This document shows positions 45,501-58,345 of a DNA stretch of 64,000 nucleotides, piece after piece. Origin of the DNA: Bugula neritina (taxonomy: Eukaryota; Animalia; Bryozoa). A model generated the notes under the pieces. That model was not told where the DNA came from and searched no databases. It saw only the letters and a program-made list of their open reading frames with translations. The position numbers and the translations under genes are program-made. The stretch's first letter is position 1; each line of letters starts with the position of its first letter. The stretch is taken from NCBI GenBank assembly GCA_964035545.1, contig OZ037765.1:2976001-3040000 (forward strand), in the 5' to 3' direction.

Positions 45501-48500
45501 AAATTAGCTGAACCATTAGGAAAAAACATGGGAAGTAAAGCAAAACTAAAAAGAACTTTAATTATATAGGTGTGTTTATTGATGTTTTACTAGTTCTGAT
45601 CAAAAACCCATGTTCATTAGCAGTTAAATGGTGAAAAATAGCAAAAAGCTGATGATATCCAGTGTGTACTAAATTAAGTAAAATGACCCAAATAATAATT
45701 ATAATTCAAATGTTGCTACCAAACTTTTTTGTCTTGGCCAAGTATGCTTGAAATTACTAAACTAGCCAAACAATTTTAAAGTAATTGTAAAAATTGTTTA
45801 TTGAAATTTTACATAATACTGTTTATTATACACAATAGCACCCTTCTGAAAGAGACACATATTCCTTAACAACATTCAACTACATCCACAACACACCTGA
45901 TCTGCAGTGGCGGATCCCACTGCTGTCAGTATGGTGCAGACAGAGTGCATGTAAATCGGGTTGGCTTCTCCATACTTCATAATAGGGATGGGGTCAATCA
46001 CATTTGCATGCTCATTGGCTGCCTTGGACAGAGCCTCCAGAGCAAAGTACTGAGTGAACTCACTGTCCAGACAGGGATACAGGGCGTCAATAATCTCCTT
46101 GGTCAGTACCTGTACCAGAATGCATTGCTATATTACGTAACATACAGCAGTATGATTGCTTCAGACACAACATAAATAATCACGAAGAATATATTAAAAA
46201 AGTTTCAAAAAAAAACTGATGCATTTCTTTAACCATCTATACAATACTTTCAATGTGCTCAATACTACTCAGTATATCATATAAACAAAACCATTGCATC
46301 TATTGATAAAAAGATGTTGAATGTATACTAAACAAAGTGTTAGAATATCGTAGCAAAGTGGTAGTTAGTAGTTACTTTAGGGCTATGGATGGCAATCTCC
46401 TTTATAAGGTCACAGATCTTCATAGATACAGGTCCAGCCATTTTTGGTAGATGTGGAACAATGTCAGAAATATTTTTGTGGATGACCCCAGTATGTGTGG
46501 AATACACATTTACAAGCATCTCTGCAAAAAATAAAGTTTAATAAAATACTTTTCTTACATGAAGTAATGACCACATTATGTGGCTTTAGAGGGAACAAGG
46601 CAAGCTTTTACTGTAAATCACAGGTAAACTTCAAAACTTCTACATTGGAAAGAAAAGATGTTGCGTATATATTAAAATTTTTAAAACTTTACAATTAGGT
46701 TAACCAAACATTTTGAATATTGTTTCATTTGCTACCAAGTGGGGTTTTAAATTAGGCAAAACAAACACACTGCGAGAAAAATTAATTTTAATGAAAATAA
46801 CTAAATGTGAGTGACTAATAGCCTCCACTAGGCACTGGGTGTAAATAATTTATTCACATTCTCAATATTTCAGTTTAAACAGCATTGAAATCAAAATGAA
46901 AACCACAACTATTCAACTTGAAAGTTTTGTTTATCAAAAACCATTTTTGATTCCGTTTATTAAAAAGAGCAACAGCCCAGTGACACCTAACACCAACAGT
47001 ACAAAAGTATCATGTATTTAAAATGTGTATTTTATTAGTAGTGGTTTACATAACAAGTTCAAGCCTATGAATAAAGAATTTTGAAAACTAATAGCAAGGC
47101 TCTTCTCCTTTTGTGTATAAATTAAAACTAAGGAGGTGAAACTGAGAATATCAAAGACTTGGAACAGACAAAGAGAATTAAAAGTGCTTGTTTATTCAAC
47201 CAGCTCTAAACGAAACATGGCCAAACACAATAACTGATGTTAGTCCAATGTCTTATTATAAGTCTCAAGAATGCATTTGACACAAAAAACAAGACAGACA
47301 TCAGAAGAGTGCCAGAGATAAAAATGAAGAGAACAAAACATGGTGTGGCATTATAACAGTTAACCTTAGATGACATGATTTTGATGATACAAACACACAA
47401 AAAACGGAGCTAGATGAAAGAGTGTACCGGGTGTTTGCTGATAATCATCTTCTATTCCTCGCTTCAAGAAAGCATCAATGTGTCGCTGTATAGTAGCGTC
47501 ATCAATGCTGTCTCCCAACTCTTTGAACGCTGCCGCAAAGCAGTACTCTGTGTAGTAGATAATATAATCATCTTTGGAGAGAGGACTCTCGCTGTACATC
47601 TTCTCCAACACCGGCAGCAGGTGCACACACATCTCCCCTCTCTGTGGGGAGTAAAATCAAGTCTCCGTTAACTAGTTATTAAATGGGGAACTAAACCAAT
47701 TAGTTGGAAATTTATTTATGAATTCCAAAAAGAAAATTAATCAATTAATATACGGTTGAGGTAGAACTCAGCTATGTTCTGGAGAAATATTGATAGAGAG
47801 CACAAAATTGTTTAAACAGATTGAAGAAAATTGGATAACAAAAGAAACTATATTTAATATTTGAATTTGGATATTGAATTTTTAACAAATTAAGGTTAGC
47901 ACCATAAACTACAGCATAAAAACAAATGATACTGCAATATGTCAAACAATCTATTACATTAATATACATATCTTGTAAATAAAACTTACTGAGGCATCAG
48001 CGATAAAAAACAAGTCAAAATGTTACGAATCACTTTACAAATGCTTTTGCATCAAATTACAAAAAAAATAAAAACAAGAAGTTGAAACCAGCAACCTCAG
48101 TGCCGAAAGTCCCGGTAATCAACTGGTAGATGTTGGCAAACAATGTGGAGTTGTTTCCCTTTGAACCTGTAGCCAACTCTAGTATTCTGTCCACACATAC
48201 ATCTAGAAATAGTGTAAAGAATAAAGTAAATCATTCATTACCTGTTTACTAATTAGAAACACAGGTTTTTGGGAATATTCGCAACTAATAATAAAACATT
48301 TTTCTATTTCCAAGCAAATATAAATTGTGACCTAGTGATCTGAATATAGTAAAGGTGGGTCCGAGCAGATTATTGCAGTGTTACTATAGAGTATAGACAG
48401 TATAGATTATGTAGTAACAACAATAACTTGACTCATGGTTAGTCAATAAAAACTTAGAAAATACAAGGATTCTATTTTAAACTTTAAAATAATAATAATG

Positions 48501-51500
48501 ACTCTACTTAAAGAAAGTTGTTTCATTAAACATGCACTGCATTATAACGATTTCCATCTCAAACTGAGAAGACAAATTTTTGTTTGTACACAGAAAAACA
48601 ATACAGTGTGCATGCTGACAAACATGTGATGTGATATAAAACTGTCCTCCTACACACAGCTCTTGCGGTCTAAATACTAACTAAAGTAACGAGCATTCTG
48701 ATTGGTTACTCCTAGTAATGCAACATCACAACCTGTTTAATCAGAATGTTTAAGTCCAACACAAAATGACCATTGCATAGAGTTACACTCCCTGTCCTTA
48801 CCAGTGATGTCATACATGAACTTCAAAGACTCCTTGTCTAGTTTTTTAGGCAACACCTCAGTAAGGGCACTGAACGTGCTGTAGATGAGATTAGCAAACT
48901 CCTCTTCAGGCTTGTTGTCTGGAGGTTTCTTCTCGTAACGCGTCGCCGCCTTCGGTAAGGCTGATGCCACTTGCTTGAGAAATTCAACGTGTTCTGTGAC
49001 AGACTTTTTCTGAAATCAACATCTTGAACTAACACTCTACAGCGCAAGTGTGTGGTGTATTACAATTGCAGCAACCTATCTTAATTCAAAGTGAGTTAAT
49101 ATTTTCATATGCATCGGATTTGTAAAACGGGTGATTCACTCTATATCCAACACAGTCACTTGAACTGAAAACATAAATTATAAAAAACTAGAGAAAAACA
49201 CCTGACAAACCTATAAACTTATTTCACCACATTGCATTCATAAAACCATTCTCGCTCAATAATATTGTGAAAGATATACATGTTGTCTTTGTTAGTGAAA
49301 CTACTTCATGTTAGCCAAATTAAACTCATCAAATATTAAATATACTGTTTAGTTAAATAAAATTAAAGCAGACGTCTTCAAAACAGTATGTAATTGCAAT
49401 GTCAAATAACTTCTGGTAACTGACCGCCCACATCAAGTGCTCCTCTGACTGGGCCCAGTGGAAGGACTTGATAAGACAGGGACACTTTGTCTCCAGAGTG
49501 AGGATGTAGATAGCTGTGTTTACACTCCACAATTCAGAGTTATCGCTGATATCTTCACACGCTTCTAGCAAAACACTGCAATGTGATGTGAGAGGATAGC
49601 ATTTCCAACACTCAGTAACTTCAAGCATAAACAACAGATACAAAGTATAACAGGTCAAGTAAATAGAGAAATAGTATTTGTACAGGTCAACAGGCAAACA
49701 ATAAAGTTCTGCGCCGCTGCCTTGAATAGGGGAGCCTTAATCAACTTCCTCTGAGATTCCGACGCAATCTTTTAAATTATTTTGCGATCTGCCTTTAAAT
49801 TATAACAACTTTATACCATAGATAACAGCAAGAAGTCAAGTAAAACCCCCTGAAAAAAATTGCTTACATAAAAGCCCTTGCAAGTTCATAGACCACCTGA
49901 TCCACAGCCTCAAACAGTTCCAGGTCACCTGTGGTCTCTTCCACTCGCCTTGCAACTGTCTTACAGATCTCAAGGAGTAGCTGGAGATTCTCCTGTAAAG
50001 AGAGAAGATAACTACGTGGTAAGAAGATTAATTAAACTCATTCAGAATTCCATGGCTTGTAAACAGCCAGAATTAAACGTTCAAAATGTGTCAAGAACGT
50101 GGAAGATAAATGGCACACATCTGTAAATAAGTTCACCTGCTTTTCTTGCTGCCGGACAATTAAAACTGGAATTGACCCAGCAAACTATTAAAGTGAACAT
50201 AATATTTTTTGATGTACATATTACGTTTATTAGGAATGGAGGGATGCCTGGAAAATAATTTTGCAATAAGATCATTTGACTTGACGAATCCTGTAATAGA
50301 ATGATAGACAATGCGAAACAAAATCAGCCAAACTGGGATTATTTCTGGTGAAGAAGCTCAAATACTAGTGCAATAGATAAGTGCCAGGAAAAAGGCATAC
50401 ATATGTTTAAATGTTATTACTTTATAACACTACGTCTGTACTTTAAGTAGACATGTTCTTCATTCGCTGTTGAAATAAAAAAAACCATCACACCGTATTC
50501 AGCTGACTCACGGATAGAGGTGCCGGGTCTTTAGACAGAGATGAAAGCACAGCTTCTATTTCCTTTCTCTGGTAAAACTCTGTGATATGCTTGGCATTGC
50601 CTTTACCAAGCATATCATGAGTTTCCTTTAGTGTTTCCTACAGAGCAAACAGTGCAGTTAGTTTGATGGGTAACTAGCATATTGAATAGTATGCTATGTT
50701 ATATTGTATACATGTATACTAACTACATGCTGTACTGTGTATGCATGCATTTGATTAATTTATAAATTTCATTAAATACATAAGAAAAAGATATTCACAG
50801 TTTGATCACCATTCACAATAATTTGATTTTCAGACTCTTTTCAGAGGTCATGATATCCCCTTTACAACTAAGAGTTGTTTCCTGCTGAATTGAATTGGTT
50901 GAACCTTTGTATGAAGAGCAAACTCATTCAAAATTTAAAGTTTGGGGGCAACTTAAACTCTAATTATGCTATAGAATTGGTTTTTAGGAGACACAGTAGA
51001 TAATTTGGTGTAAGAACACATATTGGCAGTTCAAAATTTTTTTTTTTAAAAATATCTCTTCATAAAGAATTTTGATAAAAAAAACTTGAAAGCATTTTTG
51101 TGGTTTTTTTTACTGAGCAATGCTGAAGTGCCACTTCAGTATTGCTCAGTAACCAAAACCACAAAAATGAGTTCAAGTTTTTTTTTTCAACATTTTTCAG
51201 TTTGGAAGGACACAACTCTTAATTGTAAAGGGAACATTAAGAACCTTTGAAAAGCTTAAAAATAACAATACATAAATTTGATATTTAGTAACAAACATTA
51301 GTAATTAGAAAATTGAATCATATCTAGTATCGTGTATCTCACAGCCCGATACCGACACCAAATTGTTATGTCACCTTGGGATCCGCCACAGCCATGGTGC
51401 TCATCAGATCCCCGATGGTAGAAGACACAGTGTCACACATCTTAGACTTATTCTGAGACAGTCTGGGTATATTCTTCTTAATTACATCAGAGTGTTTTGA

Positions 51501-54500
51501 GAACATGTCCACAAGCATTTCTATGGGATATAGAATAGTAAATATAACATCTACTGGTCTTATCATGCTTTGATAATTTAGCAGTAATGAACTAGTCAAA
51601 CTGAATGTGAGATACATCCCTGTCTGTCTACGTAGCAACACTCGGAACTTGAAAAGTACATAAATGAATTATAGGGATTGACTTGAATTTGCCTCAAAAA
51701 TGTCACGGCAAAAAATTATAATTCTCTCAACTTTTACAATTAAACAAAACCTTTGACTTGTGGAAAGAAAAGCAACCCATCACTACTCTAGTTATTATTA
51801 TATTGGCATTATACCACATTTTATCATTATATTATATAATATTAATTATTATTGTATCATATGAGTCTAGCTAATCAAAACTTTCCTTTGAAAGTGCACT
51901 AATAAAGAGGTAAAATGGTCAAGGTCAAATTGAACATAGGGAATAAAATGTTAAAGCACTCTATAAACGTCAAATATTACCTTAAACTAAATGCATATGC
52001 TACAGGAAAATAAATGTATTTTTCTAAAGTTTGTGTGTAAATGTAGCTATGAGTTCAGCTTTAAGCATAAGTCTACGTTTAAAAATAGCTTAGATTCAAA
52101 CTTTTACTCACGGGGTGTTGGGTGGTATTCATTGTCCAGCCCATTCTTTATAAGCATATCAATGTGCCGCTGTATGGTAGCATCATCAATGTTATCTCCC
52201 AGGTGTTCATACGCCAACTTGATGCAGTCTCCAGTGTACTTTAGTAGATACTCACTCTTGTCCAGCCCCGACTCTGCGTACATCTTCTCCAGCACTGGCA
52301 TCATGCTCACACACAGCGCACCTCTCTGTGTTGGAAAAACGTAAAAGCAAACTAAAAATGACTAGAGTGTAGGGTGTCATATATTTCCATTCCATAAGAT
52401 GAGAAAAATTTTCAAAGTATTCCTAAAGGTCGGCTGTCTTTTATGTTTATTAATAGAAACTGCTTTTTACCACATTCTTTTGAGAATTATGTAAGTTTCT
52501 AGCTTGGCTTGGCTTAGCTTTCGTAGACAAGCTGCCTACAGCGCAGTCAGTGCTAGCAAAATGGTCGTACTTGTTAGAGAGCAAATAAATTAGTTGTTAA
52601 AATATTTTCTTTTTTTCAATGATGTTGAAGACAATTGTTTATATTGTTTAGTTGTTTTAAAGTTTATGTTATGACTGAGGTTTTGAATTAATTGTAGTCT
52701 TGACAGTGTCAAGGTGTCAAACAGTGTCACGTTAGTTCATCAACAAAACAAAAGACATCAGTGAAGATTGGATACCCAAGTCTAGTCTACTTAATTAATG
52801 AGAAGTGTATTTTCCTATTAATAGAAAGTGCAAGGAAACTTGTTTTGTGTACTAAAAGTTTATTTTAAAAGAAAATAAAGGTAATATATAACTTTGCGTA
52901 AACACATTTATATGGCAAACTGATTTGCATAACACAAACTCACTAAATGATATATTTTGTAATGTGAATATATTATTTAGACACCAGTTGTAGATCTATA
53001 TTTTCAGAAAGTTCTAGATGGTAGAGGACATTTAGAGTACAGTGTTTAAACTCCGCTGCTATAGAGTTGTAGCTTTATTGGTGAGCACACAACAAAGATT
53101 TATCATGCTATGAATCCACAAAGCTTTTCTGTAACACTTGTCAGATGATTTCAATGAAGGAGAAACAAGTAACATTGGTTTAGCTGAGACAGGACCCTTT
53201 GCACTTTCCAAGTACACTGCAACTAAATGCATTTCAACTTGGATCATATTTTCCCAGTTTATTTTAAATTTTGCTGAACTGAATAATAATTGTGAAGCAC
53301 TCTTTTAATTCGAACATAAATGCTTATAAATTAACAGCAAAGAAGATTTTTGGCGGCAAAATTAACTTTGGGTAATCTGCCATTTATATCTGTAAAGAAA
53401 ATAGTAGAGGCTTTTGAAGGTATGGACATTTCTAAAAAGTCGAGATGGCTATATATTTGCTCTCAGGATCATCTAACATACTGTTAGTCTCTTGTCAACA
53501 AGGCATTCTTAGCTCCAGTACTTCACAACAGTAGCTACTGATATATTTTTAATTCTACACAAACAAACTATGCTTGTCAAACCTATAGAAGTTGTGTTAT
53601 CACTGTTGCTATGCTGTTCATTCCCACAACCATGAAGTGTAAATACCATTATGATTCGTTATGCATGCAATAAATACTTCCACCTAGTTATTGATTATTG
53701 AAAATTGGTAGCTGTGAAAATGTGAATGAACAGTTACAGCCGTTGAATGTAAGGTATTTGAGATATTATGTTATTGCTAGATATACTCAAACTATACTCC
53801 TCAATGAATGGTAGCTAAAAACAGCATTTACAGAATGAAAATAGAATATGCAAAGCATACCCACCTATTAGATCAATAAAATATTACTTAGTGCCATTTT
53901 GCAATGCTCTATCATATTATTTTTATATCACTCTGCTTAAATGTGCACTGACAATGCTAATTTTAGAAGCTGCAAATGAGAATTAGAATAGCAGCATGTT
54001 ATAGCTGCCAAAACTTCATATGACTCACATTTACACGTTGAAAAGATGTCCCACATATAATATTAGTGCAAAGGCTAATTGAAAATCAGCATCTCAACGC
54101 TTTATCTCTTCAATTTTGTATACTTTTTCCATTTGAAATAGAGTCAACTAAAAACTTTGAAAAGCTCCAAGTATAAACAGTGATATAATGCTCTGTCCAC
54201 ATTATGTAGTGTTGAGGACCGACTAGGCTAAAAGATATTATGTAAATCTAACAAGCCTTTTCTCACCTCACTGGCTACAGAATCTACAAGAAAGCTGAAG
54301 ATTCTGTGATAATGATTGGAGTCGTCCACTTCTCCTCCTTTAAAAGTCTTGAGCAATTTGTCAGTGCAGTAGGCTACAATCGGAGTCAATGTAAGACAGT
54401 TGGTTGTTATTCGGCAAGATGTGATCTATTAGTATTAAAAAAAGAAGAAAATGGTTTCGTGTTTGGCAATTTTATCTACCAGCCTCTTCTAGTGACACAT

Positions 54501-57039
54501 CATTGCCAGTAGGTAACAGGCATACACAAAACCATCATAATAGGAAATTATTAAAGGTTAAACAATGTTTCAGCCTCAACTACAAGATATTGCAGCACCC
54601 CTCGATTTACAAGTGCCAGCTGTTACAGAATCTGCACAGACTGACACTAGAAAGTGGATAGTAAAGATGACATGTAGCTTCTTAATGGAGGTAACAGGTT
54701 AACTGCTGCTTGACTAAATTAAAGTATCCTCTTATGTCTGTCTTCAACATGTAGCATGTGCTCCTGACATGCGACTTCTGTATTATTATTAGCTGCTATC
54801 TCTAAGACTATACAGTATAGACCTTGAAGGTCTTAATAAAACGCTTTGTCTCTATTACATTGAAAAGTAAACTCATTAATTTCACTGGGTTTTTAAGAGC
54901 TTGTCAATTTTACTTCTTGATTATGTCCTGAATGCAATTTATTAACTGACATTACAAAAAAACTAAAACCAAAAGCATATAACTTATTATTGTTTATTAT
55001 TGTAAATTATTGTACTTATAAACAATGCATGCTTCTGATGATGTGAGACTAACCTATGTGTAAACACCTTCATGCTTAGGAGTTACTGTTAAAGACACTA
55101 TACAGGATACACCAATGTTTACCGAGTACAAAGTATAAGGTTCCTATATTAATTGTATATTAATGTATACAGGGTACAAAGTACAATGTTCTCATATATA
55201 TTCTTTAATTACGTACCTGCAATTTTGACGAGGATATCCTGAACTTTTTGGTCCAGCTGTTCGGGTAGAACAGAGGTGACAGAGCAGAATGTGTCAGTAA
55301 CTAGGTCATCATAGTCTTCATCAGGTCTGTTGTCTGGTAGGTCATCCTCATATTTTACAGTCATGTTTGGAAGGACGGATAATAGTAGCTCTAGAAACTC
55401 TACACATACCCCAATAGACAGCTCCTGAAAACACAGACATGATATCAAAACTGCATACAGGTAAATATTTTATTATTAAACTGATGAAGACCATTTATCA
55501 CTAATTTTATTACTGGTGAAAAATTTTAGAATCATAGAAATGCACAAGTAAAAATAAATTGTAGAATACAAAATGGTGGAAGTTGCCGAAAAGGCATTAT
55601 TCAAAATCATATAATGACAATGTTGGATACTTTGCCTTCTATAATGAAAACTGATGGGTATTAAAAATTCACAAAAACACCATGTTGATTGGATTAGAAA
55701 GTTTTAATTTCTCTACTAAAACAAAAAGTTAACTGCTAAGCAAGAGACATTTGTGATATTTTATATTCAACAATTCAAAGTTATATAACTACCTAGACAA
55801 TAGGCACAAACCATTAAATAATAATAATGTTTAAATAATATGTTAAATTGTCTAATAAACTGAATTTACAAATTATTGTATATTTGGCGCTATATAAATC
55901 TATACCTCAGCTTAAAAAGTATCATGTAATGTCAAATATCTTCCAATAAGTTTTCTACATAGAAAAACCACTACAAGTCGGTATAAGGAGTTACTACTCA
56001 CCGACCAGAGTATATCTTGAGAGGTTCGTGCTCGAGAAAACAGAGAGATGAGGCAGGGGCACTTGCTCTGAAGTGTCATCTTATAGAGAGTAACATTTGT
56101 CTGCCAGACTTCGGCATTTTCATTAATCTCATCACAGTCACTTACTATCTCCCTGCATTAAACATGTTTATTATATTATTTACACTTCAGTATGAAGGAA
56201 ATTGATGTGGAATTTGAAAATAATGACAAACAAGCAGACCATAACAACACGGCCATTCAGCACAAAAATCACAGAAAAATATATAGCCTAGTTTACTAAA
56301 GTATGATACACAATGTATGTTTGTCTACAAAAAAAACTCACACAAGTTTATAGTCACTATCCCTGGGAGAACCCCTGATGGAAGGGTTTTTTAAATTAGA
56401 CTAAGGACTTGTTCAGATGGTGCACAGGAGCAATTGTGGCTGAATGCTCTTCCTAACATCACCAATGGCCTTTACTGGAAATCAAACTCATGGCTAGGGG
56501 TTTACTGAGCAAGCACTCTAACCTCTAGACCACAGCAATTGTTTGTCTACAAAGTGTTGTATAAAAGTTAAGAAACACAGGCTTACAGGTAAGCATCAGC
56601 TATGCCAGTGTAGATCTCTACGATTGCCTCGTAAAGCTGGAGGTTGCCGGATGTCTCTTTCACTCGTTTAGCAACTGTCTGGCATATTTCAATCAAAAGT
56701 GGAATGTTTTTCTGCAAAAAATTAAATATTCAACTCATTAAAATCAAAGAAGTACGTGTAAAAAAACTGTTCACCAATTTTAAGGAATTTACTGTACTAA
56801 AGTTTAAAAATGTTTTAGGGGACAAATAATTCACCACCAAGATAACATTGATAGTTCTGCACAACTTATATCTCAATTTAAAACTTTATAAAACAGTAAT
56901 ATGAACTTACAGATATTAGAGATGTGTCATCAGAAAGGTTGGAAAAAAACTCCGAAACTTTGTCTTTTTCATAAAACTTTTCTAGGTCTGATGCTTTTCC
57001 TTTGCCAAAGATGGTCTTAATTTCTTTCAAAACATCCAT
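39592..57039 (-). CDS. Large [359-aa helical repeat]x2 - coiled coil - Death - TIR - TIR - CaaX protein, ~1455 aa
   Basis: 23 phase-consistent GT-AG exons: 57039-56911, 56711-56587, 56152-56002, 55424-55217, 54373-54267, 52325-52112, 51520-51375, 50637-50512, 49992-49868, 49575-49425, 49009-48802, 48202-48096, 47641-47428, 46521-46376, 46109-45897, 45188-44974, 44360-44129 (coiled coil), 44005-43732 (Death-like: [36 protein letters not shown]), 42648-42505, 41830-41712, 41053-40822 (TIR1), 40526-40405, 40251-39592 (TIR2 and tail). Both TIRs have VFISYQW, CWLD..QMG.GD and S.NC..E. Confidence 0.85.
39745..39870 (-). repeat. 27-bp coding tandem repeat (AKGKEPEKP)x~4
   Basis: Plus-strand units TTTTCTGGTTCCTTGCCTTTTGCTGGC in the last exon of the TIR gene. 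Confidence 0.9.
42065..42276 (-). mobile_element. tRNA-derived SINE, full length, perfect 19-bp TSD
   Basis: TSD GATCCATTATTATATGATA at 42046-42064 and 42277-42295; head GGGAGCAGCCGTGGTCTAAGGGTTAGAGCG; B box GGGTTCGAGCCC. Confidence 0.93.
45306..45690. mobile_element. Foldback/MITE-like element with ~165-bp imperfect inverted arms
   Basis: TGGGTCATTTTACTTAATTTA.TACACACTG / CAGTGTGTACTAAATTAAGTAAAATGACCCA, with complementarity continuing inward to TTCCCAT / ATGGGAA. Confidence 0.8.
50834..51256. mobile_element. MITE family 1, copy 2
   Basis: Colinear with 21507-21911, including the TIRs and the GAGCAATGCTGAAGTGCCACTTCAGTATTGCTC palindrome. Confidence 0.85.
56332..56539 (-). mobile_element. 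tRNA-derived SINE with 14-bp TSD
   Basis: TSD TGTTTGTCTACAAA at 56318-56331 and 56540-56553; same family as 42065. Confidence 0.9.
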
Positions 57040-58124
57040 CTGTTTAAAGTGTTATAAATATCTTGATAGTTTGCTAAATTACCAGTAAATCAATTGAAAC
57101 TTGCATGAGCCAACTTAGGCTGAGTGACTTGAATTTTTGTTTGGAGTGTAACTTAATTTGGCTTAGTTACTGTTTGGCTGTGAATTCAACACAGCTGTTA
57201 CTCATGCATATATTATACTAAACTGTAACATTCAGTAAGCAATAAATGATTGAGTGATTGAGCTCAATGATTTACATGGCTAGATAAGAAGCTATTCTAG
57301 TTATCATATTTTATTTCTAGATAGTATTAGTAAATTATAATCATGGAGATAACCATGATAAAATTAAACATTTTAAGTTCACTGCTAACGTAAAAACTAA
57401 AAAAGCTATTTATTAAGCTACTCTGATACAGTAATTAATAAAGTCTATAAGCTTGCAGTTCATTAGACTTGGTCATTAGACTAATCACTACCATTACGAG
57501 TGCGACAGAGATAAAATGTAAGTGTTACTGCAACAGCAATGCTCAGAATTAGCTCAAGATCATCACAAAGACAATCACCGTCAAACTCAATACATTAGTC
57601 AGACGTTACCAAATCAGTATTAACATAAACATTATGATCATGACATTGGTAATAATTAACTTCAACTTTAAATGATTACAAATATGAAATCATGTACCCA
57701 TAGCCATAGCCGAAATCAAACAGCGACAGTCATACTCATGCCGTTAGGCAAACTCATACTGCCTACTCATAGTGATAGTCATATTCATATTGCCTATTCA
57801 ATTTTATACCCATACACTTACACTTACAGCCATAGTGATAGTGATGTTGATAGTCATACTGCAGCCGGCAACGGCAACCGGTAATTCAAACTGAACCAGA
57901 ACTTTCACTTTGAGTTTCAGTAAAATATTGAATTTGAGAAATGATATTCATATTGACAGTCATAATGATAATGATAATCTAAAACTGAAGGTAAAAGTAA
58001 AATCATCATGATCATGATCATTGAATTTGATAATGAAGCCAACGGCTAAAATTGAGGCTGCGGTTGGAAGATATCTAGATATCGTTTATTGCAGTAGTTT
58101 TTGAAGTGAAACAGTTGCACTTAC

Positions 58125-58345
58125 TATTTTAATTTTATTAAACGAATGGAAGTCTACAAAGCAGACATCTGGCGCTGCACAGCCAATAAAGCTAAATTGT
58201 TACTAAACTCTAAAGACAGAGCTCCCTAAACATTTTTTCAACTTCCGGTATACATATTATTAAAACATGTGTAGTTGCTTAGAGCAACGCAATCTTCAAA
58301 ACTTTGTCATTCTAATTAACGGAGTGCTGCGCGCAATCTCGCTAC
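58125..58345 (-). promoter_or_regulatory. Candidate promoter / non-coding first exon of the TIR gene
   Basis: Locally CpG-richer; minus-strand donor GTAAGT at 58124-58119; CCAAT; ETS-like ACTTCCGG (~58241); palindromic X-box-like GTTGCTTAGAGCAAC (58274-58288). The ATG at 57039 is directly preceded by an acceptor (ACAG). Motif-level evidence only. Confidence 0.35.
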
